The notes under the pieces are model-generated. The model saw nothing but the letters and a program-made list of their open reading frames with translations, did not search any database and was not told the origin of the DNA. From an uncultured Bacilli bacterium (lineage in GTDB: Bacteria > Bacillota_I > Bacilli_A > RF39 > UBA660), in assembly GCA_934085565.1 (NCBI GenBank), contig CAKOHG010000003.1:112247-176246 (forward strand): a stretch of DNA of 64,000 nt, given 5' to 3'. Each line of letters begins with the position of its first letter. Within the stretch, counting starts at the first letter, position 1. The position numbers were made by a program, and so were the translations under genes. Positions 16,092 through 25,159 of the stretch are shown in pieces.

Positions 16092-17804
16092 ATGACAAAT
16101 AAAACACGTTTTATTTTAGCAGGAATTGTTCTGCTCATTCTTATAAACACGCTTTTTTTTGCTTTAGGTTATTATTTTTATTTACATCCTATTTTAGGTG
16201 ACTTTGAAATTTTAAATATGGCTTATAGTAATGAAAATTTAACGTTATCTTTATCTAAAGCAAATAATGCGATAAGTTATACAGCCTCCATTTATCAAAA
16301 TAATGAAAAAATTTACGAAGAAAAAAGTAAAGATGAAACAATTATTTTACAAAATTTTGAACCAGATTATAATGAAAAATATCAAGTAAGTGTCATAGCT
16401 CAAGATAAAAATGCCAAAGAAAAAGTGAATTCTAATCAATTTGTCTATCAAAATAAACTACCTTCTTTAAAAAAAGAGAGTAATCGTTATTTGCTTTCTG
16501 GACATGATCTTTCTTTAGAGGTTTTAGGGTTTCAAGAAAATCAAAATTTATCTTTAGAAATTTATGCCGATAAAGAAAAAATATATGAAAAAGAAGTTTT
16601 AGAAAAGGATATTACCATTCCATCTTCTGTTTTCTCATCTTATATGGGTAGAGTTGTTGTTTATTTGAAAAAAGATGGTCACCATGTTTTAAGTACCATT
16701 AATTATTACTTAAATACGCCTATTGTAGGAAAACTTAAAACAACGACACCACTTGAAATAACTACACGTTATGATGATGTGACTTTAGATATCTCTGGTG
16801 GGGAAAATGCTAACCATTTTTATGCTTTATTTTATGAACAAGGTGTTCTTTCTAATACGGTAGAAGTTTCTAAATTTAATAATCAAATTTTTTTACCGGC
16901 TAGTCTTTTTATGGAAAATAAAGATTATTTAATTCAGATTAAAGCTGTTTATGAAGATTACTTTGAAATTGGTGAGGTTTTAGATTTTAATGTTCATATG
17001 GGGAAGAAAGAAACAACTTCTGCGGTTTATGTTAGTCATAATCCTAATTATATTAAGAATAATACTTTTGTATCTTTTAAAACAATCACGGAGGGTGCCA
17101 CGATTCACTATACTACGAATGGGGAAGATCCAACCATTAATAGTCCTATTTTAAAAGATAGTCTTTTGATTAATCAAAATATGACAATTAAAGTGTTGGC
17201 AACAAGTCGTAACCGTTATGATTCGCCAATAGAAACTTATCAGTTTAATATTGCCGAGAAAACGCCTGTTATCTTTTTAAGTCCATCTAATCAAAATGAA
17301 AACTATGGAGCTTCTAATACGGGTTACACTAATGAAATGGATATGATGAATAAAGTAGCGGATGTCGTAGAAGAAGTTTTAAAACAAAATGGTCTTATTG
17401 TATACCGAAATAATCCGAGAACCGATATCAATGCTTGGACAGCCACATCAAATTATGTTAAAGCAGATTTTCATTTTGCCATTCACTCAAATGCTTCTGG
17501 GAATCACAATGTCCGTGGTATTGAAATGTTTATTGATGATGAAACTTCTCCTTCTTTTGCCATTGCTTCTAATATTTATGAAAACTTATGGCAAATCTAT
17601 GATGGTAAAGATAACAAAGATTATAAAAGAGGTATTAAGTATGCGAGAGGTTCTTTAGGAGAAGCTAATGATGATTTTGTAAGATGTGGTAGCCTTATTG
17701 AAATTGCTTATCATGATGAAGTACATGATGCCTTATGGGTGGTTAATCACGTAAGAGAAATCGGAGAAAACCTTGCACAATCCATTATTTCTTATTATAA
17801 TTAA
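16092..17804 (+). CDS. N-acetylmuramoyl-L-alanine amidase (Amidase_3) with N-terminal TM and Fn3/chitobiase-like middle domain
   Basis: C-terminal ADFHFAIHSNASGNHNVRGIEMFID ... GSLIEIAYHD, typical of MurNAc-LAA. GATIHYTTNGEDPT matches a chitobiase/Fn3-like repeat. Confidence 0.65.
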   Translation: MTNKTRFILAGIVLLILINTLFFALGYYFYLHPILGDFEILNMAYSNENLTLSLSKANNAISYTASIYQNNEKIYEEKSKDETIILQNFEPDYNEKYQVSVIAQDKNAKEKVNSNQFVYQNKLPSLKKESNRYLLSGHDLSLEVLGFQENQNLSLEIYADKEKIYEKEVLEKDITIPSSVFSSYMGRVVVYLKKDGHHVLSTINYYLNTPIVGKLKTTTPLEITTRYDDVTLDISGGENANHFYALFYEQGVLSNTVEVSKFNNQIFLPASLFMENKDYLIQIKAVYEDYFEIGEVLDFNVHMGKKETTSAVYVSHNPNYIKNNTFVSFKTITEGATIHYTTNGEDPTINSPILKDSLLINQNMTIKVLATSRNRYDSPIETYQFNIAEKTPVIFLSPSNQNENYGASNTGYTNEMDMMNKVADVVEEVLKQNGLIVYRNNPRTDINAWTATSNYVKADFHFAIHSNASGNHNVRGIEMFIDDETSPSFAIASNIYENLWQIYDGKDNKDYKRGIKYARGSLGEANDDFVRCGSLIEIAYHDEVHDALWVVNHVREIGENLAQSIISYYN

Positions 17805-17827
17805 AAAGAATAGAAAAGAGAGTATTT

Positions 17828-18829
17828 ATGAAATATATAACATTTGCCATTCCTTGCTATAACTCTGAAAGTTATATGCACCATGCGATTGAAACCATTT
17901 TAACAGCTAAAGATGATGTAGAAATTTTAGTTATTGATGATGGCTCTTCTGATAACACTTTAAAAATTGCTAAAGAATATGAAGAAAAATATCCAGGTAT
18001 CGTTAAAGCCATTCATAAAGAAAATGGTGGTCATGGTTCTGGTGTCAATAAAGGTTTAAGCCTTGCTAAAGGTCTTTATTATAAAGTTGTTGATTCTGAT
18101 GACTGGGTAGATGAAGAAGCTTTAAAAAAGGTTTTAGAAACCATTAAAAAACTGGAAAAAGAAAAAAATTTAGTAGACATGATGGTTGTTAATTACGTCT
18201 ATGAAAGAGAAGATGGTCAAAAAGAAATTAACTATCATAAAACGCTTCCTGAAAATAAAGTATTTACTTGGGATGAAGTAGGAAATTTCAAAAAAGATGC
18301 TTATTTACTTATGCATTCTGTTATTTATCGTACTGCTTTATTAAAAGAAATTGATTTAAAACTACCAGAACATACTTTTTATGTAGATAATATTTTTGTT
18401 TATTATCCATTACCTTATATTAAAACGATGTATTATTTAGATGTTCCTTTTTATCGTTATTTTATTGGCCGTGAAGATCAATCTGTGAATGAAAAAGTAA
18501 TGATTAAAAGAATTGATCAACAAATATATGTGACTAAAACGATGATAGATTTCTTTAATCCTTATGATTTTTGGGATACTAATAAAAGATGTGCTAAATA
18601 TTTAATTCATTACATTGATATCATGATGAGTGTTTCTACGATTTTACTACAGGTAGCAAATACTAAAGAAGCAATGGAAAAGAAAAAAGAGTTATGGGAA
18701 TATTTGAAAGAAAAAAATCCTAAACTTTATAAAACTTGTTTAATATCTTTATCAGGTTCTACGAGACTACCACGCTTCTTAAGTGTTCCAGGTTATAGAA
18801 TAGCCAGAAAAATTTATAAATTTAATTAG
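17828..18829 (+). CDS. Family 2 glycosyltransferase
   Basis: ITFAIPCYNSESYMHHAIETIL...LVIDDGSSDNT...VVDSDDW (GT2 DxD motifs). Confidence 0.7.
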   Translation: MKYITFAIPCYNSESYMHHAIETILTAKDDVEILVIDDGSSDNTLKIAKEYEEKYPGIVKAIHKENGGHGSGVNKGLSLAKGLYYKVVDSDDWVDEEALKKVLETIKKLEKEKNLVDMMVVNYVYEREDGQKEINYHKTLPENKVFTWDEVGNFKKDAYLLMHSVIYRTALLKEIDLKLPEHTFYVDNIFVYYPLPYIKTMYYLDVPFYRYFIGREDQSVNEKVMIKRIDQQIYVTKTMIDFFNPYDFWDTNKRCAKYLIHYIDIMMSVSTILLQVANTKEAMEKKKELWEYLKEKNPKLYKTCLISLSGSTRLPRFLSVPGYRIARKIYKFN

Positions 18830-18839
18830 GAGGAATAGT

Positions 18840-19616
18840 ATGAAATATGATAGTAGATTATCTAAAGAAGAAACTACATTATGCCTTTTAATCTCTTTTT
18901 ATAAACTCGAACATACCTATGTATTTCGGCCCATTTACCTCCAAAAGTTATTTGAAGAACTAAAGTATGGTGATCAAAGTATTTATCAAAAGTTACAAGA
19001 TAAAATAGGTACTTTTAATTTACCAATGGAAATGTATTTAGATAAACTCTTAAAATTTAATTATCTCAAAAAACGAGATGAAATAAATTATGATATTACT
19101 ATTTCAGAGGATACGGCATTGCAGTTAGATAGAAAATTTAATCGGGATAAAGATTATTATGAGTCTGTGCGTAGTATTAAAAAGAGTTTAGATTATTTTG
19201 ATAAAAAACCAATTGAAGAAGAAATCGGTGAAGAATACAGTCTTATTATTACTCCAGAAGATTTCTTAATCGCGTTCTTCACTAAATTATTTTCTATCGG
19301 TGTATATACTTTCGATTTTGATACTTTTGAAAGTGCTTTTTCTTTTTCTATTTTAGATAATGAAGCTATGAAAAAATTTTTAGAATCTAGTTTTCATCAA
19401 CCTTTTGCTATGGAAGATATGGGTACATTAATAGCTAAAATTTTAGGAGTGGATGAAGATTTTCCTATTGATTCTCTTTGGCTAGGAACCATGGTAAAAA
19501 ATAAGCCTATGTTAGATACTCTTACCCTCAATAATGAACAAATTATTGATCTAATGGTGAAGAAATATATTGAAATGAAAAAAACTATTCAAAAAGGACC
19601 TTCCGTGGTAAAATAA
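18840..19616 (+). CDS. Hypothetical protein
   Basis: ORF with RBS GGAGGAA; no motif recognised. Confidence 0.3.
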   Translation: MKYDSRLSKEETTLCLLISFYKLEHTYVFRPIYLQKLFEELKYGDQSIYQKLQDKIGTFNLPMEMYLDKLLKFNYLKKRDEINYDITISEDTALQLDRKFNRDKDYYESVRSIKKSLDYFDKKPIEEEIGEEYSLIITPEDFLIAFFTKLFSIGVYTFDFDTFESAFSFSILDNEAMKKFLESSFHQPFAMEDMGTLIAKILGVDEDFPIDSLWLGTMVKNKPMLDTLTLNNEQIIDLMVKKYIEMKKTIQKGPSVVK

Positions 19617-19633
19617 TCACGGAGGTTTTTATT

Positions 19634-20395
19634 ATGTTTACAATTTCTGATTTACACGTTAAAGCCGATGACAAAGAAATTTTAAAAGGTTTTAATTTAA
19701 CAATAAATGAAGCCGAGACTCATATTTTAATGGGACCAAATGGAGCTGGTAAAAGTACAGTTTGTAAAAGTATTTTACATCATCCTCATTATGAAATAAC
19801 ATCTGGTCAAATTAGCTATCAAGGTAAAGATTTAACAAACTCTTCAACCGATGAAGTAGCTAAAAGTGGTATTTATTATATTAATCAAACACCAGTAGAA
19901 GTAGAAGGAATCAAAAATATGGAATTATTCCGAACTGCTTTGATGGCAAAGGGAGAAAAAGTAGATATTTTTTCTTTTAAAAAGAAATGTAATGCCATTT
20001 GTGAAAAATTAAAAATGGATCCATCCTTTTTAACTCGTAACGTTAATGAAGGCATGAGTGGTGGGGAAAGAAAGAAAAATGAACTTTTTGGTATGTGGCT
20101 TTTAAAACCATCTTTAATTTTATTAGATGAAGTGGATTCTGGGTTAGATGTGGATGCGATTAAAATTGTCGCTGCTAACTTAAAAGAATATCAAAAAGAG
20201 ACAGGTGCTAGTTTACTTGTCATTACCCATCAACCATCTTTAATTGAAAAACTAGAACCAGATCATGTTCATGTTATGAAAGATGGAAAAATTTTATTAG
20301 ATGGAGACAAAGATCTTGCTTTTGATACATTAAATAATGGCTTTTCCTCTTTATCATGGGCTGGTGTTATGACGGACGGTAGCCAAAATGAATAA
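19634..20395 (+). CDS. sufC: Fe-S cluster assembly ATPase SufC
   Basis: Walker A LMGPNGAGKST, signature LSGGERKK, LLDEVDSGLDVDA; about 250 aa. Confidence 0.85.
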   Translation: MFTISDLHVKADDKEILKGFNLTINEAETHILMGPNGAGKSTVCKSILHHPHYEITSGQISYQGKDLTNSSTDEVAKSGIYYINQTPVEVEGIKNMELFRTALMAKGEKVDIFSFKKKCNAICEKLKMDPSFLTRNVNEGMSGGERKKNELFGMWLLKPSLILLDEVDSGLDVDAIKIVAANLKEYQKETGASLLVITHQPSLIEKLEPDHVHVMKDGKILLDGDKDLAFDTLNNGFSSLSWAGVMTDGSQNE

Positions 20396-21023
20396 AATAA
20401 TATGTAACACGGTGGAAATGTTAGAGGGGCATTATGAAAAGCTTATTCTAAAAGAAAGTAATTCTAAAATTCATATTACAGAAGATACTACAGTCGATAA
20501 TCTTGTCTTTGAAGTAGATAATTTTGATGTTCATTTTATTTTTGAAGACAACGTTAAATTTTCTTTAAAAAGTATTTTAGACGTTAAAAATATTTCCGGA
20601 AAAATTCATTTAGAAGTTAATCATAAAAATGAAATTTATTTTGGCCTAGGCATTAAATCCTTTAGCCAAAACAAATTAGATGTACTAACTGATATGATTG
20701 GAAATGACAGTAATTGTGAAGTGAAAATTAGAATCGTGGGCGAAACCAACAGTAAGATGGTCATGAAAACAAGTGGTAATTTACCCCAAGATACTAAAAA
20801 CAATACGTTTGTAGAAGATGTTAAGTATTTGTTCGATGAAGACTCTTATATTGAAGTCTTACCAGAACTTTATGTTTTTTCAAACGATGTTCTAGCTAAT
20901 CATAATATGAGTGTAGGTAAAATAAGTGAAGAAGAATTATTTTATTTAGAAAGCAAAGGGTTGAATGAAAAAATGGCCCAAGATATTTACCGTGAGGGAT
21001 TTATAAACAGTATAAAAATGTAA
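20388..21023 (+). CDS. Miniature SufB/SufD-family protein (211 aa)
   Basis: C-terminal EEELFYLESKGLNEKMAQ matches the conserved SufB/SufD C-terminal helix (EEQLFYL-x-SRGI). It overlaps the sufC stop. It is only about half the normal SufD/SufB length. Confidence 0.55.
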   Translation: MNKIICNTVEMLEGHYEKLILKESNSKIHITEDTTVDNLVFEVDNFDVHFIFEDNVKFSLKSILDVKNISGKIHLEVNHKNEIYFGLGIKSFSQNKLDVLTDMIGNDSNCEVKIRIVGETNSKMVMKTSGNLPQDTKNNTFVEDVKYLFDEDSYIEVLPELYVFSNDVLANHNMSVGKISEEELFYLESKGLNEKMAQDIYREGFINSIKM

Positions 21024-21037
21024 AGGGGGACTAACTT

Positions 21038-22234
21038 ATGAATAGAAACGATTTTCCCATGTTATTAAATGATTATATTTATTTAGATAATGGGGCAACA
21101 ACTTTAAAACCTAAATGTGTTATTGATAAAGTGGTAGATTATTACCAAAATTACTCTGCTAATGCTCATCGGGGTGATTATGATATTTCTTTTAAAGTTG
21201 ATGAAGAATATGAAAAGGCAAGAGAGATTGTTCGTAGATTCATTAATGCTAAAGATAGAGAAAGTATTGTTTTTACGAGTGGTTCAACAGAAAGCTTAAA
21301 TATGATTGCTACAGGTTTCTTTAAAAAGTTTTTAGAGCCAGGAGATGAAATTTTAATTACTAAAAGTGAACATGCTTCTAATGTTTTACCTTGGTTTCGT
21401 TTGCAAAATGAACTAGGTGTTGTCGTTAAATATATTCCTTTAGATGATAACCATTATGTAACGGTGGATAACTTTTTAAAAGTAGTGACACCTAAAACGA
21501 AAGTAGTTTCTTTAGCTGCCATGACAAATGTTATCGGAGACGAAAGACCTATTAATGAAATTACTAAACTTGCTCATGAAAGAAATATTTTTGTAGTCGT
21601 AGATGGAGCGCAAAGTGTTCCTCATCAAAAAACAGATGTCACTTTATCAGATATTGATTTTTTAGCTTTTTCAGGGCATAAAATGTGCGGTCCAACGGGT
21701 ATTGGGGTTTTATATGGTAAAAAAGAACTTTTAGAAGAAATGGAACCTATTAACTTAGGTGGGGGCATGAATGAATCTTTTGATAGTCCGAGTGAAATAT
21801 ATTTAAAAGAACTACCAACAAGATTAGAAGCCGGAACACCTCATATTGAAGCAGCGATTGGTTTAGGAGAAGCTATTAACTACTTAGAAAGTATTGGCAT
21901 GGAGAAAATAAGTGCTTATGAAAAAGAACTACGTAAATATGCCTTAGATAAAATGCTTCAGATTCCTCATTTAGATATTTTGAATATAGAATCTGATGGC
22001 GGTATTATTTCTTTTAATGTCCAAGGTATTTTTAGTCAAGATGTTGCTTACTATTTAAACAAATATAAAGTTTGTGTAAGAGCCGGCAATCATTGTGCCA
22101 AGATTTTGAAAAATGAAGTTGGGGTAAAAAATAGTTTAAGAATGAGTCTTTATTTTTACAACACTAAAGAAGAAATTGATAATTTATGTGAATTATTAGA
22201 AGATATAGAAAAGATTAAGAAAGAGATGATTTAA
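21038..22234 (+). CDS. sufS: Cysteine desulfurase SufS (class V aminotransferase)
   Basis: PLP-lysine motif FSGHKMCGPTGIGVL; HRGDYDIS; 398 aa. Confidence 0.85.
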   Translation: MNRNDFPMLLNDYIYLDNGATTLKPKCVIDKVVDYYQNYSANAHRGDYDISFKVDEEYEKAREIVRRFINAKDRESIVFTSGSTESLNMIATGFFKKFLEPGDEILITKSEHASNVLPWFRLQNELGVVVKYIPLDDNHYVTVDNFLKVVTPKTKVVSLAAMTNVIGDERPINEITKLAHERNIFVVVDGAQSVPHQKTDVTLSDIDFLAFSGHKMCGPTGIGVLYGKKELLEEMEPINLGGGMNESFDSPSEIYLKELPTRLEAGTPHIEAAIGLGEAINYLESIGMEKISAYEKELRKYALDKMLQIPHLDILNIESDGGIISFNVQGIFSQDVAYYLNKYKVCVRAGNHCAKILKNEVGVKNSLRMSLYFYNTKEEIDNLCELLEDIEKIKKEMI

Positions 22235-22669
22235 ATGGATGAAGAAACAAGAAGAGAAATAATTCTAGAACATTATATGCAACCACTTCATAAACATAAA
22301 ACAGATGATACTTCTTATGAAATGGTTAATACTAACAATTCTTCTTGTATTGATAATTTAGACATTTATGTTCAAATTAAAGATAATAAAATAAATGATA
22401 TTTGTTTTGACGGAGAGGCTTGTGCTATTTCAACATCATCTACTTCAATTATGATTCGTAATCTAATTGGTAAAACGATTGATGAGGCTTTAAATTACAT
22501 TGAAAACTTTGAAAATATGTTAAATGAAAAGCCATATGATGAAAATATTTTAGAAGAAGGACTTGTTTATCAAGAAATTTATAAACAAGGGAATCGTAAG
22601 CACTGTGCTTATCTTCCTTATGAAGGTATCAAAAAAGTGTTATTACATGAAAAAGAGAAGACAAAATAG
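22235..22669 (+). CDS. sufU: SufU/NifU-like sulfur-transfer scaffold
   Basis: 144 aa; Cys residues in a C...DGEACAIS...C arrangement; immediately 3' of sufS. Confidence 0.75.
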   Translation: MDEETRREIILEHYMQPLHKHKTDDTSYEMVNTNNSSCIDNLDIYVQIKDNKINDICFDGEACAISTSSTSIMIRNLIGKTIDEALNYIENFENMLNEKPYDENILEEGLVYQEIYKQGNRKHCAYLPYEGIKKVLLHEKEKTK

Positions 22670-22719
22670 CGAATATTTTGTTTTTTCTTGCCTTTTAAAA
22701 AATTACTTATATAATATTT

Positions 22720-23511
22720 GTGAGGTTGGTAATAATGAATTTACAATATTTTAAACATAATTATACTTATATTACAAATAATGGAGAAATACATAATCTA
22801 TCACCGCAGGCTTATCATGAAACAGATTTAATGAATTTATTTATCCTATGCTTTTTGAAAGGCTTTGTTGTTGTAGAACATGATGGCAATTTAGATGATC
22901 CTAAAACTTGGAATGTCCTAATGCAGATTCCGAGTGAAATAGCTTTAGCTCAACAATCCATCGTGTTAAATATTTTAAAAAATAAAAATTATTTTCAAAG
23001 TTTTAAAGTTTCAGCATGTCCTGGAGATTATTATTATGAACATTTTTCTAAGAATTGTGACGGGAGTTATTATAAACCTAGTTATCCTAACTTTCCTGAA
23101 TTAGATTTATCATTACAAAATATTATTTTTAGTTCAGGTATTATAGCTACAATGAATAATCAAGTAGTTATAGATATAGAAAATTGTGATCTATTAGCAA
23201 GTTTAAAAATGTTATGTAATAGTTCCTTTTCTTCTGTAGAAGAAGGTATTCATTACATTTGGAAAAATGGTGGTTGTATTTTTTCACGTGATGAAGAAAA
23301 AGCTAATAATCGAATTTGTTTATTGCCAGATGAAACAGATTATTACTCACGAATGATTTTAAGTTATTTTATTAGTCATAAAATGTTAGGCTATATAGGT
23401 TATCAAAATATGAATTATGAACTTAGCAAATTTCCACAGTTTTTAGAAGATATTAATTTAAGTACAGAACGCGATATGACACGGGCTATTAGAAAAAACA
23501 ATTTGTTGTGA
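22720..23511 (+). CDS. Hypothetical protein (263 aa) downstream of the suf genes
   Basis: ORF only; no motif recognised. Confidence 0.3.
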   Translation: MRLVIMNLQYFKHNYTYITNNGEIHNLSPQAYHETDLMNLFILCFLKGFVVVEHDGNLDDPKTWNVLMQIPSEIALAQQSIVLNILKNKNYFQSFKVSACPGDYYYEHFSKNCDGSYYKPSYPNFPELDLSLQNIIFSSGIIATMNNQVVIDIENCDLLASLKMLCNSSFSSVEEGIHYIWKNGGCIFSRDEEKANNRICLLPDETDYYSRMILSYFISHKMLGYIGYQNMNYELSKFPQFLEDINLSTERDMTRAIRKNNLL

Positions 23512-23564
23512 AATTTGGAAAATATTAGTATAATTAGAGAGATTTAGGAAGTAGGAGGTTAGTT

Positions 23565-24971
23565 ATGAATTTACCGAATTTAAAAGAAGCTAAAAAAAGA
23601 GATGAAAAAGAAGTTTTATATATTAATCAACAATTAAGTGGTAATAATTCTTTTGCAGGCAAAAAATATTTTTTAAGAACATACGGTTGTCAAATGAATG
23701 AACACGATTCAGAAGAAATCGAAGGTATTTTAGAATATTTAGGAATGACTCCAACAGAAGAAATGGAAAGTGCAGATGTTATTATTTTAAATACTTGTGC
23801 TATTAGAGAAAATGCTCATGATAAAGTATTTGGTTACTTAGGAAGAGTAAAACACTTAAAAAAAGAAAGACCTGACGTTATCTTAGCTATCGGAGGCTGT
23901 ATGAGCCAAGAAGAAAAAATTGTTTCAGAAATCAAAGAAAGACATCCTTATGTTAATATTGTTTTTGGAACACATAATATTCATGAACTTGGCGAATATC
24001 TTTTAGATTGTGCTTCATCTAAACAAGATATTGAAGTCTTTAGTAAACAGGGAGATGTCATTGAAAACATCCGTTATAAAAGAGCCAGTCGTATCAATGC
24101 TTGGGTAAACATTATTTATGGCTGCGATAAATTTTGTACTTATTGTATCGTTCCTTACACAAGAGGAAAAGAACGTTCTAGAAAATTAGAAGAAATTGTT
24201 AAAGAAGTAGAAAAGTTAAAAGAAGATGGTTATCAAGAAGTAACTTTACTAGGACAAAATGTAAATGCTTACGGTCATGATTTAAAAGAAAATGTGTTAT
24301 TTTCTGATTTACTAGAAGCTGTTGCTAAAACAGGTATTCCAAGAATTCGTTTTGTTACTAGTCATCCTTGGAATTTTACTGATAAAATGATTGAAGTAAT
24401 AAGTAAGTATGATAATATTATGCCTTATATTCATTTACCTATTCAAAGTGGATCTTCAAGAATTTTAAAACTTATGGGACGTAGATATACTAAAGAGGAA
24501 TACTTAGAACTTTTCCATAAAATGAAAGAACAAATTCCTAATGTGGCTATTACAACAGATATTATTGCAGGTTTCCCAGGAGAAACAGAAGAAGATTTTA
24601 AAGATACTTTAGATATCGTAGAAGAATGTCAATTTGATGGGGCTTATACTTTTATCTTTAGTCCAAGAGAAGGTACTCCAGCTAGTCTTATGAAAGATGA
24701 GACTCCTTTAAAAGAAAAAGAAGAAAGATTATATCGTTTGAATGAAAGAGTAAATTATTATTCTAAACAAAACAATGAAAAACTACTTGGTAAAGTCGTT
24801 CAAGTTCTTGTTCTTGGAGTAAGTGAAAAAGATAGTACTAAAGTCTATGGTTATACTGATACCATGAAACTTGTAAATATTAAAGCACCAACAGACACGA
24901 TTGGTAAAATTGTTGATGTTAAAATTACGGATGCGAAAAGCTTTAGTTTAGATGGAGAATTAGTTATTTAA
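23565..24971 (+). CDS. miaB: tRNA-i6A37 methylthiotransferase MiaB (radical SAM MTTase with TRAM domain)
   Basis: TYGCQMNEHDSE N-terminal MTTase motif, radical SAM CDKFCTYC, C-terminal TRAM region; 468 aa. Confidence 0.8.
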   Translation: MNLPNLKEAKKRDEKEVLYINQQLSGNNSFAGKKYFLRTYGCQMNEHDSEEIEGILEYLGMTPTEEMESADVIILNTCAIRENAHDKVFGYLGRVKHLKKERPDVILAIGGCMSQEEKIVSEIKERHPYVNIVFGTHNIHELGEYLLDCASSKQDIEVFSKQGDVIENIRYKRASRINAWVNIIYGCDKFCTYCIVPYTRGKERSRKLEEIVKEVEKLKEDGYQEVTLLGQNVNAYGHDLKENVLFSDLLEAVAKTGIPRIRFVTSHPWNFTDKMIEVISKYDNIMPYIHLPIQSGSSRILKLMGRRYTKEEYLELFHKMKEQIPNVAITTDIIAGFPGETEEDFKDTLDIVEECQFDGAYTFIFSPREGTPASLMKDETPLKEKEERLYRLNERVNYYSKQNNEKLLGKVVQVLVLGVSEKDSTKVYGYTDTMKLVNIKAPTDTIGKIVDVKITDAKSFSLDGELVI

Positions 24972-24997
24972 AATTGCAAGAAATTGCAATTTTTTTA
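24969..24997 (+). terminator. Terminator-like element TTAAAATTGCAAGAAATTGCAATTTTTTT (copy 1 of 2)
   Basis: AAATTGCAA-gaa-(A)TTGCAATTT hairpin plus T7. An identical 29-mer recurs at 26671..26699. Confidence 0.5.
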
Positions 24998-25159
24998 TGA
25001 AAAAGTTGTGATATTTGAAATATTAAAGTGATTTTTAATATTCATTTAATGTTTTTAAAATATAATGAATTTACATCGAAAGGAAGTGATTCATTATTTT
25101 ATTAAAAATATAGTAACATTCTATTATTAACTAAATAATTTGAAAGGATAAAATTTATT

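Noticed and set aside
17389-17658. ORF 17389..17658 (+) in a second frame of the amidase gene
   Set aside because: It overlaps the Amidase_3 catalytic region of a well-supported ORF. It is a Leu/Met-rich frame artefact.
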